64,000 nt of DNA from an uncultured Acidobacteriota bacterium (GTDB lineage: Bacteria; Acidobacteriota; Thermoanaerobaculia; Multivoradales; UBA5704), in assembly GCA_963770895.1 (NCBI GenBank), contig CAVYRF010000001.1, positions 832,001 to 896,000 on the forward strand, given 5' to 3'. Positions 46,740 through 56,632 of the stretch are shown piece after piece. Position 1 is the first letter of the stretch, and each line of letters begins with the position of its first letter. A model generated the notes under the pieces. The model made no database searches. It was not told where the DNA came from and worked only from the letters and a program-made list of their open reading frames with translations. A program made the position numbers and the translations under genes.

Positions 46740-47466
46740 GACGCCTCCTCCTTGCTGCCGGGCTCGACGATGCGCACCCGCTGCATCATGCCCACGTCTT
46801 CGTGCACCAGGATGTGGCAGTGCATGACGAAGTCGCCGGGAAAGCGCACTTACCGGGTGCGCAGGCGCACGCCGTCGGCGGTGGACGGCACGACCACCAC
46901 GTCCTTCCACATCGGCGTGCGCAGCGCCTTGCCGTTGATCGACAGCACCAGGAACGGGTTCACGTGAATGTGGAACGGGTGGATCATCGGCTCGGCGTGA
47001 CCGTGCTCGCCGACGAAGGGGTCGGCGGTCAAGTGCCAATCCTCGACCGTGCCGACCACCGGCCGGTGCGCGATCTCGTTGCCGTCGTAGCGCCTGCCGT
47101 TGATCCCCCAGCGATACCGCCAGTAGGACGGGCAGGTCGCGCGCTCCTCGCGGATGCGCTCGATGGTGAAGCGCACGTCGCGCGTCCTGACCGGCGCGCC
47201 GGTGATGCGGTGGCCGGAGTCCGGGAGCTTGCGCGGCGGCGACAAGACGCTGGCGACCATCCGGGTGGTGCCGCGCCGCTGGCCCGCGCCGCCGCCGCCG
47301 CGTGCAGCGCCGGCGGCATCGCTCCCAGGCCAGCCTCGTGCGCCAGGTAGCGGTCGTACTCAAACGGGAAGTCGGGAATCAGCGCGGTGACCGGCGCCGC
47401 CGCGAGCAGCCCCCGCCGGGCTGCCGGTTGCAACGCAGACACCAAGGGTGGAATCGCTACGGACAC
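46736..47466 (-). pseudogene. Multicopper oxidase remnant (C-terminal cupredoxin domain with a nonsense codon)
   Basis: HPFHIHVNPF...WKDVV, an in-frame TAA at 46850-46852, then VRFPGDFVMHCHILVHEDVGMM to the stop at 46736. The first two domains are missing and the short N-terminal stub is in another frame. Confidence 0.85.
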
Positions 47467-47622
47467 GTTCTCCTCCTGGCTCCGCCCGCGGCAGGGCCGC
47501 GGCCTGGGCGCGCTACGCGGATCTCATCTCTGTCAGTGGAGGGAGGAGTCGAATTCTTGCAGCCGCCCGCCGAGACGGGCGCTGCCCAGAAGCGCAGCTA
47601 CTTGGGGCCGGTTCGCAGCCAG

Positions 47623-48531
47623 TTACGCCGGCACGTCGTCGAGGCCCCAGTTCCGCAGGGCGAAGGTGGCTCCGTGGACGACGCCGGTGCCCGTGGCCAG
47701 CGTCAGCTTGCGCGCCCGCACGTCGTCGCGATAGGTCGCGCTGGCCGCATCGGCCACGGCGTTGGCGATGAGCTCCCGCAAATCCTGCTCGTTGGCGGCG
47801 GGACGCTGGGCCAGCCGACTCTGGATCTGGGTCCGGGCGGCGGCCTTGACGCCGCCGTTCTGGACATGGATGTCGAACGCCAGGGCCAGTCCGAGCTCGG
47901 TTTTCAGGCCGAAAGCGCTCGCGGTCTTGAGAGCGGCCTGAAAGTAGTTGCTGTCCGCCAGCGCAAGCTGCGCCGCCTGCACCTCCGCAATGGCGCCAAA
48001 GGCGCCGAATCCCGAGCGCCACGGCTCGGCCAGCTGCAGTTTGTTGCCGCCCAGGCTGCACGAGTCGGCGAAGGCGAGCTGCTGGGGCAGCGGCTCCTTC
48101 AGGATCCGCAGCAGTTGCTCGCCGTTGGCGCCGAACGCCTGCCGCACAAGGTCGGGGCGGGTTGCCTGGATCTGCAATACGACCTGGTTGAGCGAGCCGC
48201 TCGCCAGGTTGAAGCCGATGATGCCCCAGGTGATGCCGGCGCCATCGAAGTTGCCCTGCGCGAGCGTGAAGTCGTGCCCCTCGAACGTGGCGGTGACGCC
48301 CAGGGCGCGATCCCGGATCGCCGGCACCGGAGCGCCCATGAGCGCCTGCCAGGTGTCCGCATCCACGGCTCCGGTCGCGTCGAGCTTCCGCGCGGTCTGG
48401 AACGCCTTGACCGCGGCGCTGGTCGCCGCCCCGAAAACTCCGTCGACATTCGCGCCGGTGAGACCGAGCTGGCGCTGCATCCGCCGCACGATCTCGCCGC
48501 GGGCGCCCTGGGAGAAGAAGACCCTGGCCAT
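47623..48531 (-). CDS. Peptidoglycan-binding domain plus lysozyme-like glycoside hydrolase
   Basis: VDGVFGAATSAAVKAFQ...L.ATGAVDADTW (PG_binding_1), followed by FEG...GNFDGAGITWGIIGFN. Confidence 0.82.
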   Translation of the reverse strand: MARVFFSQGARGEIVRRMQRQLGLTGANVDGVFGAATSAAVKAFQTARKLDATGAVDADTWQALMGAPVPAIRDRALGVTATFEGHDFTLAQGNFDGAGITWGIIGFNLASGSLNQVVLQIQATRPDLVRQAFGANGEQLLRILKEPLPQQLAFADSCSLGGNKLQLAEPWRSGFGAFGAIAEVQAAQLALADSNYFQAALKTASAFGLKTELGLALAFDIHVQNGGVKAAARTQIQSRLAQRPAANEQDLRELIANAVADAASATYRDDVRARKLTLATGTGVVHGATFALRNWGLDDVPA

Positions 48532-48666
48532 GGTGGTACCTCCTGTCGAGCGGCTCCGTGATCCTTGCTTAAGACGATACTAACAGCCGGGCGCCCTCGA
48601 CGGCGGCGGGGGCACTATGTCCTTATGGCAATCCATGCCGCAAGTTCCTTAACAAGGAGGTACTTG

Positions 48667-48945
48667 ATGTCGCGAGTCTTCGCCGCTCTCAACCGCCGCG
48701 TCGCGTTGATCGTGCTCGCATTTGGTCTTGTCACCGCCGCGCTCGTGCTGGATCCGCCGCGCGCCAACGCCCAGATCCACTGCGGTGAGGGGGAGAGGGC
48801 CATCGACCTGATCGACTATTACAGCAGCCCGCAGGAGACCGAGTTGGTGGGACAGTGCAAGCAGTCCTGCAGCGGTGGGGAAACCTGCACCGGCCAGGTC
48901 ACCCAATATTCCAGCGTGATCATGTACGCCTGCTGCCCCGCCTAG
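48667..48945 (+). CDS. Small secreted Cys-rich protein, DUF6289-like, 92 aa
   Basis: AAGGAGG RBS, signal peptide ending ANA-Q, and YYSS....VGQC...C.G...C.G..T.Y......CC. Confidence 0.75.
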   Translation: MSRVFAALNRRVALIVLAFGLVTAALVLDPPRANAQIHCGEGERAIDLIDYYSSPQETELVGQCKQSCSGGETCTGQVTQYSSVIMYACCPA

Positions 48946-49019
48946 CCCGCCATCGAAGAGGTGTTGCGACCGTTCGACACCGTCCGCCCGGGCCACCGGC
49001 GCGGGCGGCGCGGTCCGCG

Positions 49020-50078
49020 TCACTCCTTCGCCGGGAGGGCCTCAGGGGAGTGGGTCAATTCGAGCTGCAGGCCTTCGCTGCCGAGCCCTTCCAGGAAGCG
49101 CGGTGCATCGAACAGTTCGCCCGGCGCAAAAACGCCGCCCCGGTCGATAGGATCATCGAGGATGCGCTCGGCGGCCGCGACGACGAGCGGTGCCGTGAAG
49201 GCATAGATATCGCGCCCGCGCGCCGTGGCGCGGCGCGTGCCGCCTTCGCGGTGCACGGTCACTTCGATCAGGAACGTCTGCGCCGAGCGGCCCGACGCGT
49301 CCGCCGCCACCGGAGACGGGGTAGCCGGGTCGCGCAGATCGCGTATGGAACTGGTGTTGAGATAGGTATGAAGGTCGGACACCTGCAAGTGGCGCCCGAT
49401 CAGGATCGTCTCGGTCAAGGGCGACTCGACCACTTCCTGCATGCCGAAGGGTGCGGCGAAGGTCCACGACGTGGTCGGCGCCGGATCGGCGATCGGCGTC
49501 AGGACGCCGCCGGCGAGGACGCGGCGGCGGGCCGTGTTGCGGGCGCCGGTGCGCCGGGTGCCCTGCGTCGGGCGCCAGCTATCCAGGGCGATGCCGATGC
49601 GGATCTCCTGCGCCCGCGGCCAGTCGCCCATGGCAGCGGTCGCCAACAGGTCGCAGAGACCGCCGAAAAACGCCATCGCGGGCAGCACGATCACGCCCGC
49701 GCTCTGTGCCGGCGTGGCAAAACGCTCGAACGTCGCCAGCGCGCTCGCCTGCTCGGCCGTCACGTCCAGGTAGTGAACGCGGGCGCGCAGCGCCGCCTCG
49801 ATCAAGGGTTCGGCCGTGTCCAGAAACGGCCCTGCGCAGTTGATCACCGCCGCCGCGCCGGAGAGGGCGCGGTCGAGCGACCGGGGATCTTCGATGCCGG
49901 CAACCCTGAAGGCGGAAAAACCGGCCGCTGCCAGCTTCCCTTCATCGCGGCCGATGGCGATCGGCGTGAAGCCTCGTTGCGACAGCTCCGCTCCCACAAA
50001 TCTGCCCGTATGCCCGGCAGCGCCGTACACGGCAACCGGCGGCTTCGCCCCCGCTGCTTGCTCATTCTGAGTGCCCAT
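49020..50078 (-). CDS. Saccharopine dehydrogenase-like NAD(P)-binding oxidoreductase
   Basis: VAVYGAAGHTGRFV, VINCAGPF and HYLDVTAE. Confidence 0.9.
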   Translation of the reverse strand: MGTQNEQAAGAKPPVAVYGAAGHTGRFVGAELSQRGFTPIAIGRDEGKLAAAGFSAFRVAGIEDPRSLDRALSGAAAVINCAGPFLDTAEPLIEAALRARVHYLDVTAEQASALATFERFATPAQSAGVIVLPAMAFFGGLCDLLATAAMGDWPRAQEIRIGIALDSWRPTQGTRRTGARNTARRRVLAGGVLTPIADPAPTTSWTFAAPFGMQEVVESPLTETILIGRHLQVSDLHTYLNTSSIRDLRDPATPSPVAADASGRSAQTFLIEVTVHREGGTRRATARGRDIYAFTAPLVVAAAERILDDPIDRGGVFAPGELFDAPRFLEGLGSEGLQLELTHSPEALPAKE

Positions 50079-50102
50079 CGATCTCACCCTCCAGAGTGCA
50101 TG

Positions 50103-51203
50103 CTACTGGTCCTGGCACTGGCCGGAATCGAACAGTGCGGCGACGCCGCAGGTGGAGGTGAACATCTTGTGAGCGGAATGGCTCACTCCCGGCACGAACC
50201 ACAGCCGCTGGTTCCAGCCGGCGGCGTGGCGGGCGTGAAGATAGGCATAGTAGGCTTGGCCGCGCGCAAAGCGATGCGGCCCCTGCGCCCGTCCGCTGCA
50301 CGTGACGTCGAGATCCTTTTCGTGAGGATCGGTATCCGCGGTGCCCAGCAGATAGATGACCTCCCGCTGCACGTAGTCGGCTTCCATCTGCGCCCAGCTG
50401 TTGTCCGCGCCCAGCTTGACGTAGGGGACCGGATCGGCCGTGCCGTACTTCCACTGGTTGAACCCGCGACAGAACGCGGCGCCGCGGAGCAGCGCTCCCT
50501 TGCCGTCGGGAGCGGGCCGTTCGTCGCTGAAGTACAGATAGGATGACGGATTGGCAACCACGAAGCGGAGATGGATGCCGGCGCGGAAGATGGCCGCCGG
50601 CGCCCGGCCCACCACCGCATATCGCTGGACCAGCTGCGCGCCGCCGGAGTGCCCAGCCAGGACCACCGTCTTGAGATTCGGGAACGTCGAGCGGTCGGCG
50701 AGCTGAGCGAGCACGGCGTCGATGACCTCGAAGGACCCCATGGCGACGGGCGCGACGGCCGGAACGCCGGACTCCCAATCGGTTCCCCGCCAGCGCAGCA
50801 CGTCCGGAGCAAGCTGATGCGCGCCGACGTCCTGCTCATCCAGGAATTGAGGCGCGATGAACACCGTATCCCGAGCCGCCGCGCCGGCAAGGTCCGCCGC
50901 GGCCCGAGCCGTGCGATAGTAGCCTTCGACGTCCCGTCCCTTGCCATGAAAGATGATGACCGCGCGCGCGATCTGCGGCTGCGGCTTCGACCAGTCGAGC
51001 GAAATGAGATAGGGCGCCACGCCCGCCCCCTGAGCGGTCGCGATGCGCAGGCCCTGGCTGCCGACCGCGGCGACCGCCGCCGGCCGTCTCGCCGCCCCCA
51101 TCACCATCGGCAGCAACGCCAGGCCCAGCACCGGCCTCAACCTCCAGACGCCTCGCCCCCCAACCGGCGAGCCGGCACGCTTCACGGCACGCTGCATCGC
51201 CAT
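50103..51203 (-). CDS. Secreted alpha/beta hydrolase
   Basis: IIFHGKGR, LAGHSGGAQLVQRYA, VVANPSSY and VPGVSHS. GAGGTGA RBS before the ATG at 51203. Confidence 0.85.
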   Translation of the reverse strand: MAMQRAVKRAGSPVGGRGVWRLRPVLGLALLPMVMGAARRPAAVAAVGSQGLRIATAQGAGVAPYLISLDWSKPQPQIARAVIIFHGKGRDVEGYYRTARAAADLAGAAARDTVFIAPQFLDEQDVGAHQLAPDVLRWRGTDWESGVPAVAPVAMGSFEVIDAVLAQLADRSTFPNLKTVVLAGHSGGAQLVQRYAVVGRAPAAIFRAGIHLRFVVANPSSYLYFSDERPAPDGKGALLRGAAFCRGFNQWKYGTADPVPYVKLGADNSWAQMEADYVQREVIYLLGTADTDPHEKDLDVTCSGRAQGPHRFARGQAYYAYLHARHAAGWNQRLWFVPGVSHSAHKMFTSTCGVAALFDSGQCQDQ

Positions 51204-51364
51204 GCAGTCACCTCGCCAAGGTCCGTTCGATCGCCATCCCTCACCGAGCGGCATGTCCCCAAACAGGATCATAGCTTGAGCGCGCAACCCGGACGGGAAG
51301 CCCGGAGGCCAGCCCGCGCTCCCGGCGCTCTCAGCGCTCCCAAGCCGGGCGCAACCCAGCGCCG

Positions 51365-54300
51365 CTACCGGTCCGGTAGCAGCGCGATCGCGGAGCGCAG
51401 CAGCGGATCGAGCGCGGCCGCGCGCGACAGCGCGGCGTGGGCGCGCGCCGCAGCCTGGCGCTGTTCCGCGGGGGAGGCGGCCTGGCGCGCGGCGGCCAGC
51501 TCCAGGATGCCCTGCAGACGCTCGCCGTCGGCCATGCGCGGGTGGAGCGCCAGCGCCTTCTGGATCGCGGCACTGCCGCGAGAGATGGCGGCGGGGCAAC
51601 CGTCGCCGGCGGCGCCCAGCCGCTGGGCAGGCGGTCGCCGGAGGACGGTGATTCCGGGCTCGCAGCGCAACTCCTCGACCGTCGCCAGATCGGCCCAGGA
51701 CAAGGCGTCGGTGTCGTTGGCGGCGAGCGACGCGCGGACGTCGCGTTCGGCGGCGGCCAGCAGCCGAGCAGGAGCGCCGCCGCGGCTCAGGGACCAGCGT
51801 GCCGCCACGATTGCGAGGTCGGCGCGGGTGCGGATCACCTCGGCGTCGTTGGGGTTGAGCGCCAGGCTGGCGTCCACCTGGCGGCGCCCCTCGGCGATCG
51901 CCGCGGCCGGGTCGACCCCCCGTGCGCACAGGTAGTCCGCGACATTGAGCGAACCGGTGGCAAGGTTGCTCAGCGGGTCGGGGTCTTTAGGATTGAGCTG
52001 CCGCGCCGCTTCCAGCTCCTGGCGCGCCTGCTCGACCACCGGACGCGGATCGGCTCCGGCCTTGGTTTCGTAGCGGGCGCGGGTGAGCAGGGCGGCGCCC
52101 AGGTTCTGGTGCGCCGAAGGGTAGCGCGGCTGGAGCGCCAGCGCGCCGCGATAGCTGGCCACCGCCTGCGCCAGGTCGGGGCGCGGGTCCAGACCGTTGT
52201 CCAGCGCGTATTCGCCCGCCAGCTCGTAGGCGTTGCCCAGGTTGGAGTAGGCCTGGAACGTGCGCGGGTTGATCGCCAGGGTGCGGCGGTAGCTGGCCTC
52301 GGCGGCGGCCAGCAGCGGCCGCGGGTCGTGCCCGTGCAGCCGGTCGTAGGCGGCGCGCTGGAACAGGGTGTAGGCCAGCCGGTGGTGGAGGTTGGCGACC
52401 GACGGGTCGATTGCCAGGCCGCGCCGGAAGCTCGCCGCGGCGCTGTCCAGGGCGGGAGTGGGGTCCAGGCCGCGGCCGATCTGGTACTCGCCCAGCGCCA
52501 GCTGGGCAAAGCCGAGCTGCTGGTGCGTCACCGCCGAGCCCGGAGCCAGGGTTGCCGCCTGTTGGCCGTCCGCCAGGGCGCGCGCGAAGCAGCGCGTCGG
52601 GTCGCCCCCATGTTCCGCCTGGTAGCGCCCCATGCGCAGCCACGCTTCGGCGCGCCGTCGCACCAGGTCGGCCGCCGCCGGCGTGCCGCTGCCGTCGGGC
52701 GCGGCCAGGGCCGTGGTGGTGGCGGCGACCACCGCGTCGAAGGCGCCCGCCGGGTCCACCCCGTGGTCTTCACGGTCCAGTCCGATCACCAGGTACGCCT
52801 GGGCCAGGGCGCCTTGCGCCGCGACGCTCTGCGGATCGGCCGCCAGGGCCGTGCCGCACGCCGAGCGCACGGCCCCCAGGGCGGTTTCGAGCGCCTCGCC
52901 CGAACCGCCGCGAGCCCAGGCCAGGTCCAGCGCCGCGGCTTCCAGCGAGCAGCGCGCGGCCAGGATCTCCGGCGCGCTGCGGGCGACCGCCGCGGCCGCC
53001 GCATCGTCGCTCCGCCCGGCCGCCAGCCATGCCGCCGCACCCTCGTAGTCGCCGCGCTCGCGCGCCTCGCGCCCGAGCTGCAGGTGGACGTCGCCCATCA
53101 GCAGGCCGGCCTCGAAGTGGCCGGGATCTTCGGCAAAGGCGCGCGCCGCATGCCGCACCGCTGCCGGCAGGCGGTGCTCGGCCAGGGCCAGCAGCGCCAG
53201 CAGGTACTGCCGGCTCTCGCCGGGCGCGCCGCGGCTGGCGGCCAGCGCTGCCCGCGCCGGCGCCAGGAACTTCCGTTCCGCCTCCTGGCGGCGGGCGCGG
53301 CGCAGGTCTTCGTCCGCCAGGTCCGATTCGCGCTCGATCTGCGACTGGTAGCGTTCGGTCAGCACGCGGCCCAGCGCGTAGGCAACCTCGGGAGCGCGAT
53401 ACCCGAGATCCCACGCCGCGCTCAGCTCGCGATGGGCCTCCTCCAGCCGGTGCAGCGCCAGGTAGCCCCGCCCTAGCGCATAGTGGCCGGGGCCGCGCGC
53501 CAGGTCGCCCAACCGCTCCGCCTGCGCCGCCAGCTGGCGCATCCGCTCCTGCACCAGCCGCTGATCCGGCCGCACGTCGTGGAGCGGCAGCAGATACGCG
53601 ATGCGCAGAGTGGTTTCGATCTCCTGCACCTGCCTGCCGAAGCGCTGCGCCGCCAGCGCCGACTCGCGGGCGCGCCACTGCGCGCGCCAGCCGAACAGCG
53701 CCAGCCCGCCCAGCGCCACGACGCCCAGCGCGCCCACAGCCGTCGCCGCGCGATGCTTGCGCAGCCGCTTCGCCGTGCGGTACCACCAGCCGGCCGGCCG
53801 CGCCGACACCGGGTCGCCGTCCAGGTAGCGGCGCAGGTCGGCCGCCAGCGCCCGCGCCGAGTCGTAGCGCCGCTCCGGCTCGCGCTCCAGGCATTTCATG
53901 ACCACCCGCTGCAAATCCGGCGGCAATCCCGCCGCCCGCCGCCCGATGGGCGTCACCTCCGCCTGCAGCAGCCGCAGCAGCACTTCGCTCGCCTGCCCCT
54001 TGCCGAACGGCGGCTGGCCGCACAGCAGCTCATACAGCGTCGCCCCCAACCCCCACACATCCACCCGGCGGTCGATCGCCGCCGCGCCCGCCTGCTCGGG
54101 GGCCATGTAGTAGAGCGACCCCACCGCCAGCCCCACCCGCGTTTCATGCGGCGCCGCGGTATCGCGCGCCACGCCGAAATCCGCCACGTACGGATGCGGC
54201 TTGCCGTCCTCGCCCCGCTCGATCAGGATGTTGCCCGGCTTGAGGTCGCGGTGGATCAGTCCGGTGCGGTGCGCCGCATGCACCCCCTCGGCAACCTGGC

Positions 54301-54712
54301 GCATCACCTCCGCCAGCTGCTCGACGCTCATCTCCGCCGCCGCCTCGCCCAGGCTGCCCCCGGCCACCAGCTGCATCGCGATGTAAGGCCGGCCCGCTAC
54401 GTCGCCGGCGTCATACACCTTGCACACATTGTCGTGCTCGATTCGCGCCTGCGCCCGCGCCTCGCGCAGCAGCCGCTCGACCGACGCCCCGTCCTGGGCG
54501 ACCAGGCACTTGAGCGCCACCGGCCGCCGCAGCAAGGTGTCCCACGCCTTCCACACCCGCCCCATGCCGCCCGACCCCAGCAGCGCCTCCACCCGATACC
54601 GCCCCCACTCGCCCCCGCGCTCAGGCCCCTCCGCAGGCCCGCCGCCCACCTGCCAGCGGCCCTGGTCGCCGGCGTCCGTCGACGCGTCGCCACTGCTCGC
54701 CCGCTCCGCCAC
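51365..54712 (-). CDS. Ser/Thr protein kinase with TM helix and extracytoplasmic TPR repeats
   Basis: LGSGGMGRV, VALK, HRDLKPGN, DFG, YMAPEQ and DVWGLG; TPR-like repeats in the C-terminal part. Confidence 0.95.
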   Translation of the reverse strand: MAERASSGDASTDAGDQGRWQVGGGPAEGPERGGEWGRYRVEALLGSGGMGRVWKAWDTLLRRPVALKCLVAQDGASVERLLREARAQARIEHDNVCKVYDAGDVAGRPYIAMQLVAGGSLGEAAAEMSVEQLAEVMRQVAEGVHAAHRTGLIHRDLKPGNILIERGEDGKPHPYVADFGVARDTAAPHETRVGLAVGSLYYMAPEQAGAAAIDRRVDVWGLGATLYELLCGQPPFGKGQASEVLLRLLQAEVTPIGRRAAGLPPDLQRVVMKCLEREPERRYDSARALAADLRRYLDGDPVSARPAGWWYRTAKRLRKHRAATAVGALGVVALGGLALFGWRAQWRARESALAAQRFGRQVQEIETTLRIAYLLPLHDVRPDQRLVQERMRQLAAQAERLGDLARGPGHYALGRGYLALHRLEEAHRELSAAWDLGYRAPEVAYALGRVLTERYQSQIERESDLADEDLRRARRQEAERKFLAPARAALAASRGAPGESRQYLLALLALAEHRLPAAVRHAARAFAEDPGHFEAGLLMGDVHLQLGREARERGDYEGAAAWLAAGRSDDAAAAAVARSAPEILAARCSLEAAALDLAWARGGSGEALETALGAVRSACGTALAADPQSVAAQGALAQAYLVIGLDREDHGVDPAGAFDAVVAATTTALAAPDGSGTPAAADLVRRRAEAWLRMGRYQAEHGGDPTRCFARALADGQQAATLAPGSAVTHQQLGFAQLALGEYQIGRGLDPTPALDSAAASFRRGLAIDPSVANLHHRLAYTLFQRAAYDRLHGHDPRPLLAAAEASYRRTLAINPRTFQAYSNLGNAYELAGEYALDNGLDPRPDLAQAVASYRGALALQPRYPSAHQNLGAALLTRARYETKAGADPRPVVEQARQELEAARQLNPKDPDPLSNLATGSLNVADYLCARGVDPAAAIAEGRRQVDASLALNPNDAEVIRTRADLAIVAARWSLSRGGAPARLLAAAERDVRASLAANDTDALSWADLATVEELRCEPGITVLRRPPAQRLGAAGDGCPAAISRGSAAIQKALALHPRMADGERLQGILELAAARQAASPAEQRQAAARAHAALSRAAALDPLLRSAIALLPDR

Positions 54713-54767
54713 GGCTTCTCCCTGATTGAGATGTGCCCACCAGCATACCGCGGGCGCGGATGCCCGG

Positions 54768-55397
54768 TCAGAGGCGCACGATGCCGCGGCGGATTGCTGT
54801 CAGCACGGCTTCGGTGCGGTCGCGCACGCCCAGCTTGTCGTAGATGCTGAGCACGTGGGTCTTCACCGTGCCTTCGCCGATATGGAGGTGGAGGCCGATC
54901 TGGCGGTTGCTCTTGCCGGCGGCGATGCCGCGCAGCACCTCGATCTCGCGCGGGCTCAGGCCGGGGCCGGCGGTGGCGCGCGCGGCCAGGCGGGTCGCGG
55001 CGGCGGCCGACAGATGGCTGCCGCCGCCGGCGACGGCGCGCACGGCGGCCAGCAGCTCGGCGGTGGCGCAATCCTTCAGCAGGTAGCCGCGGGCGCCCTT
55101 GGCCAGCGCCTGATAGATGCTTTCGTCGCCGTCGTAGGTGGTCAGCACCAGGATGCTGGCGGCGGGGAACTCGCGGCGGATGGCGGCGATCGCCTGTACG
55201 CCGTCCATGCCCGGCAGCGCCAGGTCCATCAGCGTGACGTCGGGTTGCAGCTCGCGGTAAGAGCGCACCGCCGCGTCGCCGTCGCCGGCGGCGCCGACGA
55301 CGGCGATGTCGGGCTGATAGTCCAGCACGGCGGTCAGGCCGTCGCGCACCACGGCGTGGTCGTCCACCACCAGCACGCGGATCGGCGGCGAGCTCAT
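54768..55397 (-). CDS. NarL/LuxR-family response regulator
   Basis: IRVLVVDDHAVVR, DVTLMDL, GYLLKD and LSPREIEVL...TVKTHV. Confidence 0.95.
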   Translation of the reverse strand: MSSPPIRVLVVDDHAVVRDGLTAVLDYQPDIAVVGAAGDGDAAVRSYRELQPDVTLMDLALPGMDGVQAIAAIRREFPAASILVLTTYDGDESIYQALAKGARGYLLKDCATAELLAAVRAVAGGGSHLSAAAATRLAARATAGPGLSPREIEVLRGIAAGKSNRQIGLHLHIGEGTVKTHVLSIYDKLGVRDRTEAVLTAIRRGIVRL

Positions 55398-56632
55398 GCG
55401 ATCGGGATGGTCGCCAGCACGCGCGTGCCGCGCGCCGGTGCGCTGTCGATGTGCAGCTCGCCGCCCAGCTGGCGAGCCCGCTCCGTCATGTTGCGCAGGC
55501 CGCAGCCGGCGCCACCGGCGCCGTCGGACGCGCCGGTGGCCGGCGCGGCGGCCGCCGCCCGCGGCAGTGCCGCGATGCCGCAGCCGTCGTCGGCGATCTC
55601 GAGCGTGGTGGCGTGCGGCAGATAGCGCAGGTGGATCTCGATGCTCGCCGGCCGCGCGTGGCGCACGGCGTTGGTCATCGCCTCCTGGCCGATGCGCAGC
55701 AGGTGGGCTTCGACCTCGTCGGACAGGGCGTAGGGCGCGCCCTCCAGGTGGGAGGAAAAGCGAATGCCAGCACCGGCGGTCAGCTGCTCGCCGATGTGCG
55801 CCATCGCCGCCAGCAGGTCGCCGCCGGCGAGCGGCCCCGGCCGCAAGCCGCGCACCGAGCGGCGCGCCTCGTCCAGGCTTTCGCGCGCCAGCCCGCGCGC
55901 CCGCGCCAGGTGGGCGCGGGCGGCGGCGGGGTCGGCGTCCAGCCGTACCTCGGCGGCGTTCAACTGCTGCACGATGCCGGTGAACCCCTGCGCCAGGGTG
56001 TCGTGGATCTCGCGCGCGAAGCGGGTGCGCTCGGCGACGACGGCGCTGCGCTGGCGCTCTTCGAGCAGGCGCTCCGAAGCCACCAGGCGCTCCAGGTGCT
56101 GTGCCGCGAGCCCCACCAGCCAGCCGGCGCCGGCGTAGATCGCGCACCAGCCGAGCGCCAGCAGCCAGTCGCCGCCGATCGCCCAGGTCACGAACAGCAG
56201 CAGCAGGCAGCAGACGAGCGTCCAGGTGCGCACGAAGTAAGCGCCGACGAGCAGGCCGCAAAGCAGGATGGTGAGCACCAGCAGGCCGCCGGCGAAATGG
56301 CGCAGGCCGTAGTGGGCGATGGTAAAGGCCGCCGCGTGGCTGGCGGCGACCAACACCAGGGTGGCCGCGCTCAGGGTGTGCCGGCGGTGGGTGAACCAGG
56401 CGGCCAGGAGCAGCAGCGACGCCGGCTCCAGGATGGCCCAGAACAGGGTGGCGGCGCCGGCCCGCGCCCACCACAGCACCAGCGCCTGGCACCCCAGGGC
56501 GGCCGCCACCGCCGCCAGGATCGGCCGCAGCAGGCGGGCGCGCAGCGGCTCCTCGCGGGCGAGCCGCTGCGCGGTCAGGCCGTAGACCCGCCAGGTCCAG
56601 CGGCGGCGGTCGGTCAGTCGGCCGGCGTCCAT
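55394..56632 (-). CDS. Membrane sensor histidine kinase (HisKA_3)
   Basis: Several TM helices; ERTRFAREIHDTLAQ, QEAMTNAVRH, IADDGCG and GLRNMTER. Confidence 0.93.
   Translation of the reverse strand: MDAGRLTDRRRWTWRVYGLTAQRLAREEPLRARLLRPILAAVAAALGCQALVLWWARAGAATLFWAILEPASLLLLAAWFTHRRHTLSAATLVLVAASHAAAFTIAHYGLRHFAGGLLVLTILLCGLLVGAYFVRTWTLVCCLLLLFVTWAIGGDWLLALGWCAIYAGAGWLVGLAAQHLERLVASERLLEERQRSAVVAERTRFAREIHDTLAQGFTGIVQQLNAAEVRLDADPAAARAHLARARGLARESLDEARRSVRGLRPGPLAGGDLLAAMAHIGEQLTAGAGIRFSSHLEGAPYALSDEVEAHLLRIGQEAMTNAVRHARPASIEIHLRYLPHATTLEIADDGCGIAALPRAAAAAPATGASDGAGGAGCGLRNMTERARQLGGELHIDSAPARGTRVLATIPIA

Noticed and set aside
46850-46852. Possible recoded stop (Sec, Pyl or readthrough) in the multicopper oxidase
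   Set aside because: The codon is TAA, not TGA or TAG, and the gene also lacks two domains; a pseudogene is the simpler explanation.
42317-47363. Track ORFs of 879, 1124 and 719 aa suggesting large fusion proteins
   Set aside because: Each is a shadow-frame read-through into a real gene (LodB, LodA, cytochrome) whose true start overlaps the upstream stop codon.
47623-48531. Prophage
   Set aside because: No integrase, holin, terminase or structural genes in the window.
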